From a virus (taxonomy: Duplodnaviria > Heunggongvirae > Uroviricota > Caudoviricetes): DNA of 35,499 nucleotides. Where the stretch lies: the IMG/VR virus record IMGVR_UViG_2718217860_000003, one strand, 5' to 3'. The notes beneath the pieces were generated by a model. The model was not told where the DNA came from. It made no database searches and saw only the letters and a list, made by a program, of their open reading frames with translations. The position numbers were made by a program, and so were the translations under genes. Numbering within the stretch: the first letter of the stretch is position 1; each line of letters begins with the position of its first letter. Below, piece by piece: positions 8,502-16,695 of this stretch.

Positions 8502-8753
8502 TGAGATTAAAGTTTATTAGTTCAGATATTGATTGGCTCTTTTGTGGAGTAGGGTAGAGTTAGTGTGTTTGTCTGCTTGGTGCCAGCAGCGGATATGTTT
8601 AACAACAGAAAGCATTCAGCATGGTTAGTGGATTTGCAAAGTGGATTAGGATTTGAGAAACTTTGATGAAGTTGTAAAGCTTGTTTCTATAAAAATAGAA
8701 ATTTAACTAATAGTTAAACACACCTCCAGCTTCATTGAAAAGGATTATTAGCT

Positions 8754-9653
8754 ATGATTGATCCACTTATTAGAAACTTACAGAGTGATATTGCACTACT
8801 CCAGCTTTATATCGCGCAACGCAAACAGGCAGGCTTTCATGACATGGAAAGAATAATTGAGTCATTGACCATCTTTATGTTTCGCGCGCTGAAAATGGGT
8901 GAACTGGTAAACATGAATCAGATTAAAGTTAATTTTCCCGCCATTGATTTAGCTGATAATAAAAACATGATAGCAGTTCAAGTTACTACGAATGCAAGTC
9001 CAGCAAAAATTAAAAAAACTATCGAATCTTTTGAGGAAGCAAATGAAATAGGAGAGAGTCTGAAAGATAAATACTCTACTTTATATATTTTTGGTTTTTG
9101 TAAAGCCTCAAGATACCTAACTCCAAGTTATTGTAAAATAATCGACCCCAGCTATTTCGTGAATGAACTTTGCGATAAAGCAGATGAAGATATGGTCCAG
9201 GATATGATTGACGCCATTCGACGCCATCATGATTATACATCATTACATCCATGGAGTGATAAAGATTCACTCGAAATTATACTCAATATTATTAATCGCA
9301 ATGCAATAAAACATCGGATGAGTTGCGAAGGCAGTCTGTCTGATATGCTCACTGGTTTAAAAGAAATTAATGAAGTAATTACAAAAGGAACAATTCAACG
9401 TAAGCAACGTTCAAAATCGATATCTGACTTCAAAGATCAAAGCATGGTGAAATTTATGAGAGGTGTAATGGATGATTTGTCTGTTATTCAAGCCATAGTG
9501 AACAAATCTAAAGTTAACCAAGGTGATATGGTTTATATAAGCCATGAAGATATGATTAATATTGATAAATTAAAAGCTAAAATAGCAAGTGATTCATCAG
9601 AGATTGCAAGGCTAAATAATATTGATATAACACTAAATGTTGTTGATTTATAA
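8754..9653 (+). CDS. Hypothetical protein encoded in an AT-rich accessory island (candidate defence/abortive-infection-type protein)
   Basis: 299-aa ORF in a visibly AT-rich block; no confident family match. Convergent with the membrane protein/methyltransferase operon. Confidence 0.7.
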   Translation: MIDPLIRNLQSDIALLQLYIAQRKQAGFHDMERIIESLTIFMFRALKMGELVNMNQIKVNFPAIDLADNKNMIAVQVTTNASPAKIKKTIESFEEANEIGESLKDKYSTLYIFGFCKASRYLTPSYCKIIDPSYFVNELCDKADEDMVQDMIDAIRRHHDYTSLHPWSDKDSLEIILNIINRNAIKHRMSCEGSLSDMLTGLKEINEVITKGTIQRKQRSKSISDFKDQSMVKFMRGVMDDLSVIQAIVNKSKVNQGDMVYISHEDMINIDKLKAKIASDSSEIARLNNIDITLNVVDL

Positions 9654-9967
9654 TTGTCGATTTAGCAAAACAGAGAATGCTTTGAAAGTTTCACCGAGAA
9701 ATATTTATTGTGAACCTCCTTATTGTTTATCGACTTTTACTCTCCGCTCATTGCAGTACTGTCGGAGAAGGCTACTATGTACAAGAAGCAGCTAACATAA
9801 GCGAGCATCACTATTGATATTAGGAAGAGTATATAAAAACTTCATGCTGAACCTTACAAAAGTAGGTAAACCGGCAATGGCCTAAGTGGCAGGGTCATGT
9901 TGATCCGGCACTGCCGAGCTAATAATTAACAAGCAAATCACTCTTTCTAATAATTTGTTGAAATAAA

Positions 9968-10627
9968 CTAAATATGTATATGTTTACCAACAACCACATA
10001 TGAACTACCTGCTTTGCTCCATGATTTTATTATTTCTAAATTATTATCTGAGCATATTTTACTTACAGTATCCACATCTAATAAACCATAGTAGAAAGCA
10101 TTACGAGAGTTTTGGTATATATACCCATGCAAATGTTTAATACCGCTCTCGTACCTCTTGAAATAAGAACTTTTGTATTGATTGACAATCAGTGCTTCAC
10201 CATCACTCTTTAATAATTCTCTAATCGCACTGAGGACTTTGTGAATTGTGGATTCACATGGAATTGCGGAAAGCACGTTTGCGCAAAGTATGAAATCATA
10301 ATGATTTGTTATTTTATCTATATTTTCATAAGAAACAATATTAGCATTCTTATAGTTATTTATCACGTAATCTGGAATCGTGGTTTGTACACCTCTGATA
10401 ATTTGCACTCTTTCTAGTTGTCTTCTGGAATCTAAAAATGTCACAGTTTCAAATTTATTTACTAATTGTTCTGAATATCTAAGTTTTCCACATCCAAAAT
10501 CAAGGGCATTGCCATTTTTATTAGTGCTTTCAATCTGTTTACAGAGATAGTTAGATGGCATAGTGTGCGGTTTCGCTGCATTTTCTGAACGTATGTTTAT
10601 TCCATTTATTTTGTAATTCAAAATCAA
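9968..10627 (-). CDS. Class I SAM-dependent methyltransferase (not a recognisable DNA methyltransferase)
   Basis: 219-aa ORF with SAM-binding motif I (ALDFGCGKLRYSEQL), an acidic post-I residue (VTFLDSRRQ) and a motif II-like segment (DFILCANVLSAIP). No DPPY/NPPY or PCQ motifs. Confidence 0.75.
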   Translation of the reverse strand: MILNYKINGINIRSENAAKPHTMPSNYLCKQIESTNKNGNALDFGCGKLRYSEQLVNKFETVTFLDSRRQLERVQIIRGVQTTIPDYVINNYKNANIVSYENIDKITNHYDFILCANVLSAIPCESTIHKVLSAIRELLKSDGEALIVNQYKSSYFKRYESGIKHLHGYIYQNSRNAFYYGLLDVDTVSKICSDNNLEIIKSWSKAGSSYVVVGKHIHI

Positions 10628-10633
10628 CCTCGT

Positions 10634-11341
10634 TTAAAAAATATTGTTATTGTTAAAGAATTCTTTTATTTTGCTATCAGGTATTTGTCTTACTTGGCTT
10701 TCTGTTCTTGGTTTAACTGATGCTATGAAAATAAGGAAGTCAAATGCGACAAGAGAAATAATCCACAACCAAAGATTAATTAAAGAGCCAGTAACAGAGA
10801 ATATATTTGTTAATTTGGCGATACTTATTATTAAAATAGTAACAAATGCGATTACTGTATGTTCAAAGAAAACCCAAAAGTAATAAACTTTGTTCCAGAA
10901 AAGTTCAACGTAATGTTTGTCTTTTAACTCTTTAACTTCTGGGTAATACAGTTTACTCATTACCTTGTGAGATTCATCAGTAGTTAATTTTCTCGTAACG
11001 CCTGCAATTTTTGCTAATGGTTTAATAATTAAATGACTATCCCACATCTTCCTTATTCCAATAATTTTTGCTACATTATTATGTAGATCTAAAGCTCCAC
11101 TAATTACTGACCAAAAAACTGAAGATGCAATTGGTAATATGCCAAAGGTTAATATCCATTTAATAAATTCCTCGTAGTCTTTAACGGGGGGGATATACTT
11201 GGCATTAATGCCAACCAATGGCATGTAGCCATAAATGACTAATGATAGGTAAAATATAAATGTAGTAATAAAAGTCGCCTTATGGAGCATAGGCAACATT
11301 TCATTATAACTCTTTGGTGGTTCTAACATTTTACTCTCCAA
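10634..11341 (-). CDS. Integral membrane protein (about 4 predicted TM helices), function unknown; forms an operon with the downstream methyltransferase
   Basis: 235-aa ORF with several long hydrophobic stretches; its stop lies 6 bp from the methyltransferase start on the same strand. Confidence 0.7.
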   Translation of the reverse strand: MESKMLEPPKSYNEMLPMLHKATFITTFIFYLSLVIYGYMPLVGINAKYIPPVKDYEEFIKWILTFGILPIASSVFWSVISGALDLHNNVAKIIGIRKMWDSHLIIKPLAKIAGVTRKLTTDESHKVMSKLYYPEVKELKDKHYVELFWNKVYYFWVFFEHTVIAFVTILIISIAKLTNIFSVTGSLINLWLWIISLVAFDFLIFIASVKPRTESQVRQIPDSKIKEFFNNNNIF

Positions 11342-12014
11342 ACATTCAAAAAAAAGCTAATCTTCTATAATAACGAAATTCAGCTGGCACAATTAAAGAT
11401 TAATTGCCACCAATTTCTTGATTTTATAATTTTATCTAAATGTTTTTGATTAATCTAGTCCTAAAAGAAACCTACTGCATAAATATTTATGCTGATGACC
11501 CACTCCCTGTTCGTTAACACATAGCAACGTTAGTAATGCATCCTAAGTGATCAATATTTTTGCTAGCTTCATCTGCTCGCTCAAAGGGAACTATAATGTT
11601 GGCTTGCGTGTGACTTGGCATGTTTAAAGAAGTGCTGGTGGTGACTGGTTGCTGTTTTCCATTTCCACAGAACAAAATCATAGAAACTATACCCAGTAGT
11701 TGTATTGAATCACTGACGAGACAGCCTCATATTTATCAGGACTGGTGTACGTCCAATACAGGAGGTTGTGGTGCTGGTTCTCAAATGTGCGCTGGCTATT
11801 GCTGCTGTAATGGCAATTTATTGTCTTGCTGTTGTTCTTATGGATCACCTTTCTGATTGATTTCATATTGGCGAGGTAACGGTAGTTAAGTAGAATTGCT
11901 GCGGGTGCTTGAGGCTATCTGCCTCGGGCATCAACACCAAAGGCAGATAGAGAAAAGCCCCAGTTAACATTACGCGTCCGGCAAGACGCTTAACATTAAT
12001 CTGAGGCCATATCT

Positions 12015-12227
12015 ATGCTCTACACACGTAGGTTAGCCTCTTACGTGCCGAAAGGCAAGGAGAAGCAGGCTATGAAGCAGCAAAAGGCGATGCTAATCGC
12101 CCTGATCGTCATCTGTTTAACCGTCATAGTGACGGCACTGGTAACGAGGAAAGACCTCTGCGAGGTACGAATCCGAACCGGTCAGACGGAGGTCGCTGTC
12201 TTCACAGCTTACGAACCTGAGGAGTAA
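12015..12227 (+). CDS. Mok-like leader ORF in frame with hokD (N-terminally extended reading frame)
   Basis: The track ORF starts 19 codons upstream of the Hok Met in the same frame. Confidence 0.35.
   Translation: MLYTRRLASYVPKGKEKQAMKQQKAMLIALIVICLTVIVTALVTRKDLCEVRIRTGQTEVAVFTAYEPEE
12072..12227 (+). CDS. hokD: Hok/Gef-family type I toxin (HokD/RelF-like)
   Basis: 51-aa product MKQQKAMLIALIVICLTVIVTALVTRKDLCEVRIRTGQTEVAVFTAYEPEE with AAGGAG RBS; single TM helix and conserved Hok C-terminus. Confidence 0.9.
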   Translation: MKQQKAMLIALIVICLTVIVTALVTRKDLCEVRIRTGQTEVAVFTAYEPEE

Positions 12228-12297
12228 GAGACCCGGCGAGGGAGAAATCCCTCGCCACCTCTGATGTGGCAGGCATCCTCAACGCACCCGCACTTAA

Positions 12298-12322
12298 CCC
12301 GCTTCGGCGGGTTTTTGTTTTT
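12298..12322 (+). terminator. Rho-independent terminator at the 3' end of the hokD transcript
   Basis: Hairpin CCCGC-TTCG-GCGGG followed by TTTTTGTTTTT; a second perfect hairpin GGCGAGGGA-GAAA-TCCCTCGCC lies at 12236-12257. Confidence 0.7.
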
Positions 12323-12443
12323 ATTTTCAACGCGTTTGAAGTTCTGGACGGTGCCGGAATAGAATCAAAAATACTTAAGTAGCGCGCAGGGATAAGAGGG
12401 ATGGTCCCTTAAAGGGGAGAGCTAATTATCCGGAAGGATTCTG

Positions 12444-12695
12444 ATGATGAACATCGAAGAACTGCGTAAAATTTTTTGTGAAGATGGCCTCTATGCTGTG
12501 TGCGTTGAAAATGGAAATATTGTTAGTCATTACCGCATTGTGTGTTTGCAAAAAAATGGGGCTGCGTTAATTAATTTTGTGGATGCCCGAGTGACGGACG
12601 GATTTATCTTGCGCGACGGTGAGTTTGTCACTTCATTACAGGCATTGAAAGAGATCGGAATAAAAGCTGGCTTTTCTGCTTTTTCAGAAGAATAA
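12444..12695 (+). CDS. rem: Rem-like prophage protein
   Basis: 83-aa ORF MMNIEELRKIF... adjacent to hokD, as in the Qin prophage. Confidence 0.65.
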   Translation: MMNIEELRKIFCEDGLYAVCVENGNIVSHYRIVCLQKNGAALINFVDARVTDGFILRDGEFVTSLQALKEIGIKAGFSAFSEE

Positions 12696-12761
12696 ACTCA
12701 TCTACAATCTTGCGCGGGGCTGAACTCCCGCTGAGTAACACCGTGCCACCGGAGAAAACCG

Positions 12762-13040
12762 ATGGCACGCAACGCAAAATATTACAATCATGATAATTCG
12801 ACCGTTCTTGCCCACACGCACGAGCGGTATTCTCATGCATTTAAGTCAGACTGGTACCAGCATCCCCCATGCACTGAAGAACAGGCCGAATGGCTCATTC
12901 AGTGTTACCGCAGGCGCGGATGCGAGGTTAAAAAAGCCCTTAGCCTCGACTACCGTCACTGGATAATCTCCGTCAGGCTCCCTTACTCCGAACGGCCACC
13001 GCGTCCGTCCCGCACATTCCAGCAACGTATCTGGAGGTAA
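12762..13040 (+). CDS. Hypothetical protein, translationally coupled to the downstream DUF968 gene
   Basis: 92-aa ORF; its stop TAA (13038-13040) is followed by GTG at 13042, with GGAGG just upstream. Confidence 0.5.
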   Translation: MARNAKYYNHDNSTVLAHTHERYSHAFKSDWYQHPPCTEEQAEWLIQCYRRRGCEVKKALSLDYRHWIISVRLPYSERPPRPSRTFQQRIWR

Positions 13041-13041
13041 C

Positions 13042-14091
13042 GTGCGGGTATTACTTCGACCTGTTCTGGTACCGGAACTCGGGCTGGTGATCGTTAAGCC
13101 GGGCCGTGAATCCATGCCGGTATTCCACAATACCCGGGTACTGGTGGAGCCGGAACCGAAAAGCATGCGTAATCTGTCGTCCGGGGTCGTTCCTGCCGTT
13201 CGCCAGCCGCTGGCGGAGGATAAATCATTACTGCCATTTTTCAGCGACGAACGAGTGATTCGTGCTGCTGGTGGCGCTGGCGCATTGTCTGACTGGTTAC
13301 TGCGCCATGTTAAATCCTGCCAGTGGCCACACGGCGATTATCACCACAGTGAAACCGTCATTCACCGTTATGGTACCGGCGCAATGGTGTTGTGCTGGCA
13401 CTGCGACAACCAGCTGCGCGACCAGACCTCCGAATCACTCGGGCAACTTGCTCACCAAAACCTGTCTGCATGGATGATTGACGTCATACTCCATGCAATG
13501 AATGGCTCGCAGGAACGGGAATTATCGCTGGCTGAATTATCCTGGTGGGCGGTCCGCAATCAGGTGGCGGACGCGCTACCGGAAGCGGTATTACGTCGTT
13601 CGCTGGGGTTGCGTGCGGAAAAAATCCGCTCAATGTACCGTGAAAGCGACATCGTACCGGGAGAGCAGACCGCCACCAGCATACTGAAGCAGCGCACAAA
13701 AAATCTTGCACTGTTGCCTCACGCCCACCAGGAACAACACCCACTACAGGAAAAGACGGTGGTAAGCATTGCCGTTGATCCTGAGTCTCCGGAATCTTTC
13801 ATGAAACGACCTAAACGTCGCCGCTGGGTTAACGAGAAATACACACGCTGGGTGAAGACACAGCCGTGTGCGTGTTGTGGTAAGCCAGCCGACGATCCCC
13901 ATCACCTGATTGGTCATGGTCAGGGCGGAATGGGGACAAAATCTCACGATATTTTCACGCTACCGCTGTGTCGGGAGCATCACAACGAGCTTCATGCGGA
14001 TCCGCTGGCGTTCGAAGAAAAGCATGGTTCTCAGGTTGATTTAATTTTTCGTTTTCTTGATCACGCCTTTGCAACTGGCGTGCTTGGGTAA
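13042..14091 (+). CDS. ydfU: DUF968-family prophage protein (YdfU-like) with a C-terminal HNH-like Cys/His motif
   Basis: 349-aa ORF; C-terminus has CACCGKPADDPHHLIGHGQGG...LPLCREHHNELH, a zinc-finger/HNH-like pattern. Confidence 0.7.
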   Translation: MRVLLRPVLVPELGLVIVKPGRESMPVFHNTRVLVEPEPKSMRNLSSGVVPAVRQPLAEDKSLLPFFSDERVIRAAGGAGALSDWLLRHVKSCQWPHGDYHHSETVIHRYGTGAMVLCWHCDNQLRDQTSESLGQLAHQNLSAWMIDVILHAMNGSQERELSLAELSWWAVRNQVADALPEAVLRRSLGLRAEKIRSMYRESDIVPGEQTATSILKQRTKNLALLPHAHQEQHPLQEKTVVSIAVDPESPESFMKRPKRRRWVNEKYTRWVKTQPCACCGKPADDPHHLIGHGQGGMGTKSHDIFTLPLCREHHNELHADPLAFEEKHGSQVDLIFRFLDHAFATGVLG

Positions 14092-14103
14092 AAGAGGTGA
14101 CTG

Positions 14104-14478
14104 ATGCTCATAGATTTGGTTTTACCTTACCCGCCGACGGTGAACACTTACTGGCGACGCCGTGGCAGCACATATTTTATCTCGGAGGAGGGAAAGCGTT
14201 ATCGCCGGGCTGTGGCGCTTATTGTTCGCCAGCAGCGGCTGAAATTAAGCCTGTCCGGAAGGCTAGCGATAAAGGTGATTGCAGAGCCACCGGATAAGCG
14301 TCGTCGCGACCTGGACAATATCCTGAAAGCACCGCTGGATGCGCTGACGCATGCGGGAGTGTTAATGGACGATGAGCAGTTTGATGAAATCAATATCGTT
14401 CGTGGTCAGCCAGTATCTGGTGGACGTATGGGGGTGAAGATTTACCCCATAATGCATGAAGAGCAGGTCAAAAAATGA
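14104..14478 (+). CDS. rusA: RusA-family Holliday-junction resolvase
   Basis: 124-aa ORF with conserved acidic residues (PDKRRRDLDNILKAPLDAL...VLMDDEQ) matching the RusA fold; overlaps the Q start by 4 nt. Confidence 0.8.
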   Translation: MLIDLVLPYPPTVNTYWRRRGSTYFISEEGKRYRRAVALIVRQQRLKLSLSGRLAIKVIAEPPDKRRRDLDNILKAPLDALTHAGVLMDDEQFDEINIVRGQPVSGGRMGVKIYPIMHEEQVKK

Positions 14479-15296
14479 AACTGGAAGATTTACCGAAATA
14501 CTACTCCCCAAAATCCCCTTGCCTGACCGATGCATCGGCCTCAACGTCAAAAGATGCGCTGAGTATCACTGATGTGATGGCCGCGCAGGGCATGACACAG
14601 AATCGGGCTGAGATGGGGTTTTCTGCGTTCCTGGGGAAAATGGGCATCAGTATGAATGACAGGGCGCGGGCAACAGAATTACTGGCAGATTATGCACTCA
14701 GTCGGTGCGATCGTGTGGCGGCGTTGAGAAAACTTCCGGCAGAAATAAAACCGTTAGTGATGCGCATTATGGCTTCGTACGCTTTTGAGGATTATGCCCG
14801 CAGCGCAGCGAGTAAAAAGCAGTGCCCTTGTTGCTATGGGGAAAAATTTATTGAAAGCGTAGTTTTTACAAACAAGGTCCAGTATCCGGATGGTAAGCCG
14901 CCGGTATGGGCAAAGTGTACGAAAGGTGTGTATCCGTCTTACTGGGAAGAATGGAAAAAAGTCAGGGAGGTGGTAAAAGTTGCCTGTCCGGAGTGTGGCG
15001 GAAAGGGTGAGGTTTCCACCGTCTGTAAGGATTGCCGTGGGCGTGGTGTCGCCATTCACCGTGAAGAGTCGGTAAAACGTGGTATGCCTGTTATCAGAGA
15101 CTGCCAGCGTTGTGGTGGTCGTGGCTATGAAAGACTACCATCAACGGAGGCATTTAATGCTATATGCGAGGTGACAAACCAGATAACACGCGCGTCATGG
15201 GAAAAAACAGTTAAGAAATTCTATGATGCGCTGGTGACCCGGTTTGATATTGAAGAAGCATGGGCTGAGCGGCAGTTAAAAAAGGTAACTAGGTAA
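14475..15296 (+). CDS. quuQ: Late-gene antiterminator Q (Q21/Q82-type, zinc-finger containing)
   Basis: 273-aa ORF with Cys clusters (CPCCYG, CPECGGKGE, CKDCRGRG, CQRCGGRG), immediately upstream of a promoter/terminator pair and the lysis genes. Confidence 0.8.
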   Translation: MKLEDLPKYYSPKSPCLTDASASTSKDALSITDVMAAQGMTQNRAEMGFSAFLGKMGISMNDRARATELLADYALSRCDRVAALRKLPAEIKPLVMRIMASYAFEDYARSAASKKQCPCCYGEKFIESVVFTNKVQYPDGKPPVWAKCTKGVYPSYWEEWKKVREVVKVACPECGGKGEVSTVCKDCRGRGVAIHREESVKRGMPVIRDCQRCGGRGYERLPSTEAFNAICEVTNQITRASWEKTVKKFYDALVTRFDIEEAWAERQLKKVTR

Positions 15297-15301
15297 CAAG
15301 G

Positions 15302-15329
15302 TTGATTTTTCCGGAATCTGTGGTAAATT
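15302..15329 (+). promoter_or_regulatory. Putative late promoter PR' (-35 TTGATT, extended -10 TGgTAAATT) with Q-utilisation region
   Basis: Sigma70-like hexamers a few bp downstream of the Q stop, followed by an intrinsic terminator; standard lambdoid arrangement. Confidence 0.45.
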
Positions 15330-15378
15330 CGTCATAACGATGGGCTTTTTATACCTGACGTTAGAAGAGTTTCTACAA

Positions 15379-15402
15379 CCCGCCACCGAGCGGGTTTTTT
15401 AT
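15379..15402 (+). terminator. Intrinsic terminator (tR'-like) downstream of PR'
   Basis: Hairpin CCCGC-CACCGA-GCGGG followed by TTTTTTATT. Confidence 0.6.
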
Positions 15403-15439
15403 TGCGGAATTAATTACGGACCGTTATTATTCTGCTCCC

Positions 15440-15515
15440 GGTCCTTTAGCTCAGTGGTGAGAGCGAGCGACTCATAATCGCCAGGTCGCTGGTTCAAATC
15501 CAGCAAGGGCCACCA
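15440..15515 (+). tRNA. tRNA with CAU anticodon (ileX/ileZ-type tRNA-Ile2 if lysidine-modified; reads as Met by anticodon alone)
   Basis: Cloverleaf: acceptor GGTCCTT/AAGGGCC, D-arm GCTCAGTGGTGAGAGC, anticodon loop CTCATAA, T-arm GGTTCAAATCC, 3' ACCA. One A-C mismatch at the base of the anticodon stem. Confidence 0.8.
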
Positions 15516-15621
15516 TCACAAACCGCCATGAGCTTATCAGGAAGAGCAGACGACACGATAACAGGGTTGTTGGTGCGGGGGGGGGGGCGGGTCCCCGATG
15601 GCGGTCCATTATCGGTATTCA

Positions 15622-15698
15622 GCGTTGTTAGCTCAGCCGGACAGAGCAATTGCCTTCTAAGCAATCGGTCACTGGTTCGAATCCAGTACAGCGCGCCA
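15622..15698 (+). tRNA. tRNA-Arg (UCU anticodon)
   Basis: Acceptor GCGTTGT/ACAGCGC, D-arm AGCTCAGCCGGACAGAGC, anticodon loop CTTCTAA, T-arm GGTTCGAATCC, 3' GCCA. Confidence 0.8.
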
Positions 15699-15808
15699 TA
15701 TTCATTCTTCCAGATTCCTTCCGGCAGAGCCTTATACTGGAATATACCTGGCTCAGGATATTGTTGAAAATATTATATGTTTGTCAAAAATAAAAGTTCT
15801 GTTAAGTA

Positions 15809-16162
15809 TTGATTGAGTGTTTGTTATACGGTCTAATGGTTTTTTCAGCATTAAATATTTATCATTCATATGGTGTGGGTAGAGTGAATATTGATGAGGC
15901 GTCGGGGTGTTTCATCCTTAGGCAGCGTATTGATATAGTCAATGCAGCACGAGCAAAGGCCTTCAGCCGTTTGACAGTTTTGTTCTGTGCTCCTGATCGT
16001 CTTTCGGGAAGAGACGTTATTATTCTGAATAGTGATGCTATACAGAGGGTTTGCGATGAGTTCATGGTTGCTAATTCAGAATTATTTGCTCTTGTTCAGG
16101 AGTACAACAGAATAGCCAGGACCTGTGGTATGGATGAACTTCGGATTACTCATCTGGGGTAG
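15809..16162 (+). CDS. Hypothetical protein (uncertain ORF)
   Basis: 117-aa ORF between the tRNAs and the lipoprotein genes; no convincing RBS seen. Confidence 0.35.
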   Translation: MIECLLYGLMVFSALNIYHSYGVGRVNIDEASGCFILRQRIDIVNAARAKAFSRLTVLFCAPDRLSGRDVIILNSDAIQRVCDEFMVANSELFALVQEYNRIARTCGMDELRITHLG

Positions 16163-16695
16163 ATACATATCTGGATTATCACCTGTTACGGTAAAAAGTG
16201 ATTGCTTACTGTTTTTGTGAATGGCATTGCAGCAGCCGGATAATGTCAGTGCTGGCTGACGGTGTGCTGGTGGCGGGTGTGGTGGTTGTTGCTTTCCCGT
16301 TGCTGAAAAAGAAAACGCCAGACTGTTAGCCGGGTATCAGTTAGCGGGAGAAATTTTTAAATACTTCACAATTCAGGCGGTTGACTGTTCTCTGGTTTGC
16401 GGGGAGTTTGTTAAAAGAAACTGGCATGGTGAATCCCCCTGTGCGGAGGGGCAATCAGCGAGTAGGCATATGGGATAATCGCGGATTCAGGTGCTGGTAC
16501 TGAATTCACCGGGAGGCACCCGGCACCATGCACTTCAATAGATTCTCTCCACATTATGGATATTCTTTCAGAATATCCCACGCAGACTTTGTGTAAATGT
16601 TAACAAATGTGCGTTTTATTTGATCTGATTCGCTGTTTGAGCGTCCAAAACAACGGTATATATAATCCTTTACTATATGACATATGTGAGGAAAA

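Noticed and set aside
11620-11856. 78-aa Cys-rich ORF (possible bacteriocin/microcin-like peptide)
   Set aside because: No RBS, odd composition driven by TGC/TGT repeats, and it overlaps a more plausible short hydrophobic frame; kept only as a low-level note in the hok-locus finding.
8502-12014. relBE toxin-antitoxin pair next to hokD (as recalled for K-12 Qin)
   Set aside because: No RelE- or RelB-like small ORF pair is present; the position is occupied by the methyltransferase/membrane-protein island instead.
15528-15767. 79-aa ORF spanning the tRNA region
   Set aside because: It overlaps a tRNA gene and the poly-G tract and has no RBS; artefact of open frame.
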